A stretch of DNA of 63,892 nt, the filler included, from Intoshia linei (Eukaryota; Animalia; Orthonectida): NCBI GenBank assembly GCA_001642005.1. It is 5 parts of 5 records of this genome, joined end to end, with 100 filler letters (N's around TTAATTAATTAA, not from the genome) between each part and the next. Parts side by side here need not be neighbours in the genome. Positions count along the whole stretch, not along the records: positions 1 to 18,791 come from LWCA01000761.1; 4 more parts are not named here. The stretch is one strand, 5' to 3'. Below are positions 1 through 12,000 of the stretch, piece by piece; within the stretch, counting starts at the first letter, position 1, and every line of letters begins with the position of its first letter. Under the pieces are notes generated by a model. The model was not told the DNA's origin. It made no database searches and saw only the letters and a program-made list of their open reading frames with translations. A program made the translations under genes and the position numbers.

Positions 1-23
1 TTGATGATTTCTGTGTAAATTAG

Positions 24-3000
24 GAACTGCCATTAATCGAAAATCAGAAACATTTATAGATTGGTCGAGCAAAAAAAATGAAACATACGCACTAAAATTT
101 TTATTTACAAAAGATGCCAATATATTTTATAGATACGTTCAGGTTTATTTACTAATCAACTATACATTTTTGAGCAGATGCATTCAAAAAAGAGTGTTGT
201 AAAAAACATATCCTGCTACAACATTGAGCAAAAATTGAATTTACAATATTATGATACAAAAGTATATATTTAATTTTACTTATTTTAAAATCAGTTTGAT
301 CTTAAAATGCATTCCGAACCATCTACTCCATTAAATAATTTTTTCAATGCTAAATTTTCAAAAGATATATGCAATGAAAAAAATTACAATAAAAAATTGA
401 AAAGATCGTTTAATTTAGGAAAAACACCTTCTGAAAAAATGCAAAACGGTATAGATACTTATGTATAAAATAATTATTGCATTTATTAATTGGTAAATAT
501 GTTACATTGCATTATATATATAATTAATAATTATATAACATAAGTACGTGTTGCCCTAACGGCACGATATTTTTCGACTACATATTTACCCACATTTATT
601 TAAAAAATACAATGATTTTACAGGAAATGACGACTTATGGCTACCTGTTCCAATTGAAAATATACACAATCAGGACGGTTCCAATAAACCTATTTTTTTC
701 AAAAATTCAATGATGAACTTAAATATACAACCATTTTCCAACGACTCATCTAGTATCTCAGATCTTGATAAACAGTCCGAAACTAGACCATATAATCAAA
801 GTGAATATTATTCCGATATACCCCATTTTTCGGAAGTATTAAACGACGTTGTTTATAATCATCATACTGATGTGGTTTTTGAGAACAATCCACCACAAAA
901 CTGTAATAATAAAAAGAACATAGATATCAGAAATATTTATGTTTCTATTGAAAAAATTAAACAAAAGGTGGACCGTTATAATATTAGTGATGTTAGTAAT
1001 CAAATTTTGGAGCCTATAGAAGTCAAACGTAAAAGGCATAGTTTCAGTTTTGACAATATCAAGGGTAAATTAAGATATCATCAAAAAAATTATATATTAA
1101 AATCTCCGTGGATTAAAAATGAAAGTGATTCGCATAGCAATAGCAGCTCTTGGTCAAATATATTTGTTAACAACCAACCAATGGTACTCTCTCTTTATTA
1201 TATATTATATTTATAATTGTATATTGAATATTGATTTAATTGAATCATGTGCACTAAGGTGTCTCACGGGTCGTTATAAAAAATATTCTTAAGGTTTCAA
1301 ATTATAATATACTATATAATTTTGATTCTTTTCCTATGATACATGAGTAACCTACAAATAGATTTTTGAAATAAATAATCAAATCAATACTAATTTTGAG
1401 AAATTTATAATTTACATGTTAATTAATGTAACAATACATTTTAATTAAAATTTTAATCACATTACTAGTTTACGTTTATATATTTATTAATAAAAATTTA
1501 CAAATAAATAATGTACATATTTACTAAAAGGGCCACCAAAATTATTATGTGGGACACTGGTTTCCGAACCCTGCTTTAAGATAACATCAAAGCAAAGTTT
1601 ATATAGAAAACGTTTTGCACCACATGATTTCTATATCACTTTAATCGTTTTGTATATTGTGATTATGATATTAAGTTCTTAAGAATTATGAAATTTCAAA
1701 ATTGTGAAACACCATAACCTCATATATAATACAATGTATATTTACTTATAGATGAACACTTTAAACAGTAGCAATAAAGATAAAACAAAATTAATTACGA
1801 CAATTTTGAGCGAACCATATTCAATATGTGGGTAATTGTTAAGGTTGATATTAGGATGTAAAAACTGTAACTGAACTTTATTGTGTTATAAAATTAGATA
1901 TTATTAAGTATTCGTAGTAATTGGTTTATTACGTTGAAACCCGTTTAATGATATGTAGGTTATTTTTTAAAATTAAAGTATAGATCATTTCTTTTGGGTT
2001 TTAGAGATGGTTAAAATTCTCTCAAAATCTACTAAATTAATATTTTATTTCATAATTATTCTGGATTTCTGGGGTTCAAATTTTGTATTTATATCAACTG
2101 GAATAAGCTCTATCAAAATAATTTTTTTTTTAATTTTCGGAGAATTATTAATAATTTTACATGGATAATTATTTTACATTTTTTGTTTTAATAAAATATT
2201 TCGGAAAAAAATATATGATTACTAAAGTGCTTTTTTGGCCGTGAAAGCGTCACTTATTCAGATTGAAATTTTGTATGAGTGTTAACAGGATACAACTGTA
2301 CCATCTGTAATTTTTTTTATATTCTAGGGTTGTTTTTATTAAAAAAAGAGTTATTTTGTGTTTTGCCCCTGAAGATATGTTTTTTTAAATTTAAATTTAT
2401 TATAATATTTATGATTTTAAAATCCGTATCATAGTATATATTTTTTTAAATTCTCAAACTCGTATACAATTTAAAAAAAATGTTCATGGAACAATCATTA
2501 CATTTCATCAATCAATACATTTCCAATAAAGAAATATGGGTGAAAATCTATATAATTCATTCCTTCGCAATTTTTAAATTCTCATTTTCAAAATATGAAT
2601 AAAATTTAAATAAAAACTACAACAACGAAACTAAAAGTAATAAAATTTTGTCATTTTTATATTTATTACAATATTATGCAATATTGGTATAATTCGACTG
2701 AAATATGTTTATAAAGTGAAGATTCCGTTAATTATTGATACATAATTGGTATTTTTAAGTATTTATTAAATTGGTACTGATAATATATCATCATATTGAA
2801 AATGACAAAATAGGTTTTTATAATTTTATTTTTTCTGGAATTTATGCTATTTTGACAAAATTTTTAATGAGTGTTTTTACTTTATTGTTAAGATTATACA
2901 ACTCATTCTGTCTAATAAATTATTTCTTTAATTTTATTTTTTCTGGAATTTATGCTATTTATGACAATTTTTAGGATTGGACGTTTTTGCTTTATTTTTA

Positions 3001-6000
3001 ATATTATACACACATTCTGTCTAATAAATTAAAAAAATGGGATAATAATTATTTTTAAAATTCTTTACGCAATATTCACAAACAAAAAATTAAGATGGAA
3101 TAATTTACTTTAAAGTAAAAAGTAATGTGATATGATTTCAATGATATATTTATGAAATCCGTTTATTCGAAATATATTCCAATTATTTTTCTCCGATTAT
3201 TGTAAGCGATTAACCAGGTTTTCGATTAATAGAATATCATTCCCTAATCGTCATATCTCTGGGTATCACTTAAAAATGACCGAACAATATGGAATGATCT
3301 ATTTGTTGAAAAATTACGATTTCAACGAGCAGCTATTTTTTTTATAAGACTTGAGTTTTTGATTGTCAGAGTATTTTGCTCGTTAATAAAAAATTTTTCG
3401 TTTTCTGACAATTTAAGACCTTTAGGCATATACTATCTTAATAAAAAATATAAAATTCATAATAATCATATACATACATGTAATTATAGTTTAATTATGA
3501 TACGTGTTGTTATAATTGTGGACACGTTATTTAATGTGATTTTAACTATTTTATTAATAACTTTTTTACTTTTAGTTTTTTCACGATTGTTGTTTTACGA
3601 TGACAACATATTGGCATGCTTATATGGCATATCAATTTTCAATAAAAATATATTTACGAATAAGAAAGCTATGCCACAATATCATATTGTCTGTAAAATT
3701 AGTGGACGGAGTGTAGTTTATTAAAATTGAGTAAACAAATATTTTGATCACATTTTTGAGTTTGATGTAGACCTCTTTTGGGAATAAATATTTTAATTGC
3801 AATTTGGACAGTTCTTGGTTTCTTCTATTTATATCCCCTAAAATTGGGTAAATTATCTAAATGATGCTGTGTCACATAGATTAATGAAGCTAAGTGTATT
3901 TTTTTATTTAGAGAAATACTGCATTTATTAATAATAATAAATAAAGTAACTTTTAGGTGGTTGAACATAAGGCGTAAATCGTTTGTCATAAAATCTACTC
4001 AATTTTGGCTAAAATATTGGTGTTGCATAAAATCATGCTATTTTATTGCACATGACACAGATTTTGAAAAAGATAACAAAGTAGAACCAAAAATGTTCAT
4101 CTGTAATAAAGATGTTAACATATTTCATTAATATAATATTTCAGATTTAAAAAATTGCTTAATTCAATCAATCCCAGAAAATATTCACCGTGAAAATGTT
4201 TTTGCAGTTAATGCAGAATGTCCAGAAATTTTTTACATTCAAGTACCATTATTTTTGTAAATATTTATTTTTAAGGCATCAGATATTTCTAATTTGAATA
4301 ATTGGGTAAATTGTGCCAATTATGCTGCTATTAGGTGCTTACTAGTATCCGATAATATGAATATTAATAATATCAACTGCGACTATAAATCAACTTGTAA
4401 AAACTTTTTGGAGACAAAAATTAACGAAAATGAGTCTTTAATTGATACAGTAGTATCCATTTTATATTGTTAAATCTATTATTAGAAAATTAAAGAAATT
4501 AAATTAAGTAAAAGCAAATCAGAAAAATCTGTAAATTCCATGAATATAAACCTGGATTACTTACGACTCACTAATTACATATACCGATGTTATTTATCAA
4601 CCACAAACAGTACAGAAGCTCCTAATCCAAAGGTAATTCCTATTTAATATTTTTATAAAGTCAACATTAAATTTATTAATTTAACAAGAAATCTAATCTT
4701 CATACTTGGACATCCCATGTAAAGCATCACTTGCTTCATTATGTAGTGATAAATGATTAAGTGGTGTATAGTTGTTTTCTGTTGAATTTTCAAAAGACAA
4801 AACTGCATATTCTTTTTTAATTTTGTGATACCTTGTACATTTTTTTTTGTATATGAAAACAACTGTCATTGTAAACACTAATAACGAGCCAAATATTACA
4901 CTAATGATTGTGCTTTTGATCCAAATTGTATATTTTTCTTGAAATGTATTGTGTTTGGTTGAGTTGATTTCACCGATTTTCTTAATTAATCTTAGTGTGG
5001 AAATGTGATTATTAAATATCGCTTTGTTTTTATGGAAAAATTTATTAGATGCGTTTGAAATTTTTTTTAGATTTAGCTTTCTATGCAAAGTAGAATTGTG
5101 CAATTTTTTAATTGTGTTATTATTTGGGATCCGAAAGGTTTCATTTTCAAGTTTAATCGGCTTTTCAATAAACCTAAGAAAATTAGAATAAAATAATATG
5201 TTAATTGGTGCACTTAAAATTCTAATTAATCATACCATACTAATCAAGCGATTAGTATATTATATACATTATACCTTGTTTCGTTATTAGATGAGATAAT
5301 TTCCTCAAAATGTACAGTGTATCGTAGATAAACTTTGCTTACTTCACTATCATATAATTGTATTTTATTAACATAACTTACTTATTATAATGGGCATCAT
5401 ACCAAGTTTCTTTATACGTTTCATTGAAGTACCTGATTAAAATAATATCTATCAGGTCATTTTTTCCATAAACGTCGTAATCATATATGTATACATAAGT
5501 AGATATTATTTTCTAATATGGATAATTTATAGGTATTTTGATAAATATAATCTAAATTTTTTACTGGTTTATTATCCAAAGTCACATTGTATGTGTAAGG
5601 CATATCATCAAACAGAACATTATTGTTAATAATTTTTGCTTTGTGTGACTTGTCCCAAGTGATTATTCTAAATTAATAATAAATTACTGCCATTTAATTA
5701 TAACTTTTTGTTTGCTTCTATTCTTATTATACTGTACATATCACATTTGCTGAAATTATCACAATATAAACCTAGTAACCCTTTCCCATCCTCGTTATGA
5801 TATGAAATAAATTTGAAGTGAAATATGCCCTTCGCATCAGAATACTGAAAACACTATAAATTTATGATACATTAAGTTTACTGTAATGAGTATGATAGCT
5901 AAATACATTTTACAATTCATGTTTCAATAAATGCCACAATTTAAATACGACTAATTTTCAGATGTAAACTTGTTTAGTCTGTTTTAATAAATATAAAATG

Positions 6001-9000
6001 TAGGTGTAGTTTCATCTATTATACATTGTGCTATCAAACGTGACATTATGCGATACCATCGTTTACAGTGTAAAATTCACAGATTAATACGTTAATATAA
6101 ACACCAAAACCTTCATTGTTAATTAATATATTTAACTAGAGAAACATCTGCCAGATACAAATGTAAGACTAAACGCTGTATAATCTGTATTTTCGATTTT
6201 GCATAGGTCAAATTATTTTGATTTCATATCTTTATTAGTTCCTAAATTTTGATCTAATTTTTTAGAGATTATTTTATTATCATATTTGAATACTTCATGA
6301 AATATAAATTATACAGACCCATTCATGTTTTGTGCACTTAGTAAAATTGATGCAATCTGTATGTTTCAATTTTATAATTTTTCAAGTGGATAACGTACTT
6401 AATAACACAAATTCCATTCCTTAAAAAATAGTGTTGGTTGAGACTAGGGTTGTCAAATGCGTTATTTTCCCCTGAGACTTCAGGTTTTCAGATTCAACTC
6501 AAATCTCAGGGTTAAGTGATATTTCTCAGGGAAAAGTTTTCTCTAAAGTATTCATCATGAAGTCATTTTGAAATGTGCTATTTGCTATTTGTTATGAAAA
6601 ATTTAAAGTATTCATTTTGAAATTTGCAATAAAAATTGTGTGTAAACTGTTATTAGTTTTTGAAAAAGAGACCCCAAAGTAAAAGAGGCACCCAAAAAAA
6701 AATTTAAATAACAAAAAAATAACACGCTTCGCTCAAAAATTCGGGTTGAAGATAACTTAATGTTGGTAATCCTAGTTGAGACGATATATTAAATTTAATA
6801 AAAATGGATTTATTTATAAATAAAAATATTTACTCTTTCAAATATTTTGAGCACTTTCACTTTCATTACTGTCAAAAACGTATTTTTCAATATAGGTAAT
6901 TAATATTATTCTTCTTTGAAACTTCAACTAGATGCGTCAAATAAATATTCAGATGCGCGAATTGGTTATCACATATTTTAATAACTGAAAAAATGTAAAT
7001 TGAATTTTTTTATTGATGATTGGATGAAAATTTTAAATTTAATCATTATGTACTATAATTAGTTATACTAAATTATAATTTATAATAATACAATATTAAT
7101 GTATCAAGTTGACACTGTCAACACTCGTTGTAGCTTGTCACAGTCCCACCATGCTTTATTTATTTCCAGAAACAATTTTATTTCCAAATTCGAAGGAAGA
7201 AATAAAATAAATAATATGAAAATATTTTCTAAATACTAATTTGCAAATAAATATAATGTAACTACAATAGTTTGATAGTATAATAAAATATTAACAACTT
7301 GTCATTATTCTATGCAATTTTAGAAAAATAAAAAGATGATTTATTTAACCTACTAGCTTGACTGTTATGTACTTCGGACAAACAGCATCTTAGTATATTC
7401 ATTATAATGACACGACCAGTTTTTTACAAATTATTGTTATCATTCTTCAATTAATTGAAATTTTTTTATATTTCAAAAAATCAATTTATTGCAATTATTT
7501 TTCATAGCAAACAATGAATTGATTTTATTTTCAATAATTTTTATCAATTCCAATCCCTCAGCGTAGATATGACGTTTTCAGGTATAACATGGATTCTAGA
7601 TTATAATTAATAATGACAAATAGATTGACAATAACGGGGTTTCAAACATGCGGCACGCGATTTCAAATTTTAGTACGGCACACTACGACTACGTACATGT
7701 GTAATATACAGTATTTGAAAAATTATTTAATTTAGATTGTGTTAATATTTAATTGTATTAATAATATTGATCAGATAAAAGTCTCATAAAAATATTGAAA
7801 ACTTTGCATTGATAAGTCTATAATATAGAGCAGAGGTCAATTATGCTCCCCAATTATGGAATGAGCAGCCCGCGGTACGATATATATCGTATAGAATGTG
7901 TAAAACTGAAATGTACACATTCTATGGGCATTGCAAAATGATTATTTATTATAATAATAATAAAATATTTAAATAATATTATAATATTTATTTTTCTTTT
8001 AATCTAAAGTTTCATAATTCCAAAAATGGATGAAATTTTCTAGGCCCCTCCAGTGAGCCTAGTCGCACGGTTAAGAAACACTTTATAAAATCAACTATTG
8101 TACAACTACGTCGTACACTGTACGTGTTTTATACAGTATATATAAAGTCACACATTTAGAGTATTCTTTGCATGTTATCAAAATATACTAAAAAGAAAGT
8201 TACATGTACAATGAATTTTACAGTTAGTAATGTTTATGTATGGATGTTTCTACAAAATCAATTCAACATCTTCACAGGTAAAGTGGATGATTACTATACG
8301 ACAGAAAAAACTAAATTAAAAACAAAAAAATTGCTCAGACACATTCAACCAAATACAAAATACAATGTTTTAATCAAAAATAACATATATACAAAACCGA
8401 TAAAAATTAAATTACCTAATAAATTAGTAAAATAATAATAACTCTAATAATAATATTTTAGTTTATATCAATACTATTGTCACATCAATCTAATAACTAC
8501 CAACTTCTTGTTGAAATATGCAACCGTCTTGGTCTGAATGAAATTAAATATTGTTTATGGCGTACCAATCGAAATAATTGCATTACGGAAAAAAATATCA
8601 ATCCCACTAATATTATTGATTCTATTGTAATTTTTAAAATATGATTAAGTGTAATGTTATGAAAAGTATGTAGTTAATAGTGAACAGCTATATACATGAT
8701 GTACAATAGTGATTTCCAATTTTTTTTGTCGTGTACTATATTCTATGAAAAAAAGCAGTATTTATGTATTAATACAACTTTTAATCATCTCATTGAAAAC
8801 AAGTACTTTAGATAATTTAACTTAATTGAGTTTACTTGTTGATAGAATTACATTTACAGTACAATAATATTTAAGTCTGAAAATATATCATTGCAATGAC
8901 TTCCTTGATCCTGGTGTTTTGAAATTAAATCTAATAACTCTTCGACTACACCCGGATAAGTATCATCATAATGATCGTAATTTCCTAAATCAGTATACCA

Positions 9001-12000
9001 GTTTGGAATTATATATCAATATCTACAATTGGATATCAAAAACTCACATTTATTAAAAAATTTTGATTTTACCGTGGTCCACACATGCAAAAAATATAAA
9101 TAATAATTAACTGTAAAAACTAAAAAATTTTTTTAAATTCTAAAACTATTTTCATTTTTAAAAAAAAGGTAATTTGTAGTTTTAATTGGGAAAATACACT
9201 TTTTTGGGTTGTCTTATATGGAAATGCTTTCATAAAATATTAATCAGAGGCTATGTTTTATAAATTTTTAAACAAAAAGTAATTTGGGTCTTGACCGTGA
9301 AAATGTAAGTTTCTGAGGCTGAAATTTACGTCAATATTAATGACTTTTAAACGCATCCCAGAATTTTAGGGATGATTGTATTTTTAACAAAAATAGGAAA
9401 CTGGGTCTTTTTAAATTCTTGGACTGTTAATTTTTTCAGTAAATATGTATGTAATTATGTATTATTTTTAAAAATAAATTTAGAAATATAACTATGAATT
9501 AAAAGAGAAAATGATTTATTATGTGGAATTAAACGGAAACGGAGGGGAAAATAGATATGAATATATGCAAGACACAACAATTTTACATTTAGAAAAATTT
9601 GATATATGCTTAATAGCCACATTTAGCAAAGGAATTAATAGAAAAGTCGAAAAAGTAACAATAAATTCTATAACCAACAACACCACTGAAGATGTAGAGA
9701 TCCATGTTACGGATGAAGTTCTAACAATTAATAACCACTTAATTTTTGAAATAAAAGAAACTGAAATACCCAGTATAATTGACGAGGAAGTACAATTGAG
9801 AATGACTATAGCTACATCTTTCATTACAACAGATGACGTGATAGATAAAGAAAAATGGAAATATAGAAATTCAATACACCAAGCGGGGAAAATAGGTGAA
9901 CTATACAATGATTTTGATGATGATTATAGAATACCCTCTCCACCCATACATCATACAAGTTTCAATTAAAATTTAATTTTTAAGTCAATTTAGTTACAGA
10001 ATCAAATAGAACAAGTTTTGCGATGAACTTAATAAGTGTAAGTTTTGTTTACCAAATTAATCTAAACTTAAATATATAATAGGATATTACGTAGTACGTA
10101 CAATATACGTCGTACATGTATTTACATGAATACTTAGGTTAAGACGGATTCATAATACATGTATAAGAATGTGGGGAAATAGTAAATCGTTAAATTTAAA
10201 TTATATTATTGTTCGCAATAGGTAAATATTACCGAGTGTTCCAGGAATCTATTATTCGTCTTAACCAGGGTATGATTCTATCTAAATATGGCGAAATAAT
10301 TTACCTCAAAATTGTAATAGGCGGACTTCCAACATCTTTAGCTTTCATACCTAAAATTTAATATAGTTCATTTAAATCAGCGATTCTCAAACTTTTTTTG
10401 TCTAAACCACAAAAAATTTACTTTTTTCCTTAATCAAACTCAAATATAACAAGCATGCAATACTTAATAATACAGCTGATCAATTTAATTATGTTAAAAA
10501 TTATTTGAAATAAGAAATTTGCGGCCCATAGTTTGAGTGCGTCAGGATTTATTTTATACCTAAATAGATAACAAGCGGAAGGAATCCCCAATGAGACAGA
10601 CATTTTCCAACTTCAAATGAATTTTTAAAAAGAACCATTACATTATTTCTAATAGTACGTACTGAACCTTCTGGTTTGGAATTATGTATTTCATTAGACA
10701 TACGAAAACTAACGAGCGATAATTAATAAATGTACAAATGTAATGAAGTTATAATTGTATTTACAATTGTATAGTTACTATACATTAAAAAAATGTTTTC
10801 CCAATCTGAAAATATTCATAATTCATAACAGAGCCCAACCTACACAGTCGATACCACCCGAAAATGAAAAATAGACCTCTAAAAGTTTTTCGACAAACTA
10901 TGCATAGTGTCATTATAGCCTCTAAGACTCTTGGCTTGATATTTAACACATAAAATAGTATGACCTACAGCAGTGGTGGGCAAACTACGACCTACAGAAT
11001 AATTTTGGTGGCACTTTGAGTAAATACGTAAATTATTTCTTTTAAAATTTTTAACCTTTTAAACACTTTTCTACTATAATTGGCTCATTATAATCATTTT
11101 AGCTCTGAATTTTCAAATCGTCCTGGATATTATTTTGTTGAATATACTAGAAACGTTTCTCTTCAGTTAAAATTGAAATTTATCATATGTACATTTCAAA
11201 AATGGGGCCGTATAATTTTTTTTGATAAAAAAAGTGGCCCACTAGACGCAAAAGTTTGCCGACCCCTAATCTAAGCCCTAGAATAAATATTGACATAATA
11301 GCAAAAATGAAATTTTTTTAATCTGGGAGCGATGATTCTAAAAAGTTTGAGAATCTCTGGACTGCAATATGATGCGATTAGGAACTTCATTGTACATTTG
11401 TATGTTTATTAAATCAAGTAGATTCATAATGAATACTGTAAAAATCTGTCATTTAGCGTTGATTATTGATGAGTTAGCCTGAAATAATTATTTTGATAAT
11501 ACGATTAGATTCATTCATATGATACATCGTGTAATGTGACTTATGAAAATAATTTTGAAATTAACTACTGTTGAAAACAATTTAAAAACAGTAGACAAGT
11601 ACTAGTAAATCTAGAACACTAATTCCGATTTTATTGACGTTTTGTATCTGGCTACTGAGAAAACTACAAAAGTGTATTATAGACGGGATTATCAACTATT
11701 GCAAGTCATCGTCTCCTAGTTCAGGTTTGTCATGATACCAATTAATTAATTTCTTCATGTAAACAATACTCAATTTTAAATCTATTTTTGCTTCATTGAT
11801 TTTCTTTAGAAATTGATAAAATTAGTTATTAATGGGACAAATTCATGGTAAAGAGGGGATAGTTGATGTTATAAAGGTTCAATCGTTAAAAACCACTCCG
11901 GTCTTAAAGAATTGTTTTAATGTACTAAATATATATAGTGTATGTATTACAGTTTTTAATAATAGTTTAGAATACAAATGAAATTGATCAATTCTGTAAA

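Noticed and set aside
2771-3724. Hydrophobic ORFs 2771..2974 and 3359..3724 (similar ones at 8172, 39100, 56380-56779, 58172, 61774)
   Set aside because: They are F/I/L/K/N-rich translations of AT-rich repeats or introns, often with non-ATG starts.
5960-6250. Coding-like segment (VSSIIHCAIKR) as the missing sif Ex exon or another nested gene
   Set aside because: The phase is incompatible with the donor and stops occur in all frames tried.
11615-11724. Possible exon TLIPILLTFCIWLLRKL..
   Set aside because: No homology, and its phase-1 donor does not fit the phase-0 DH exon directly.
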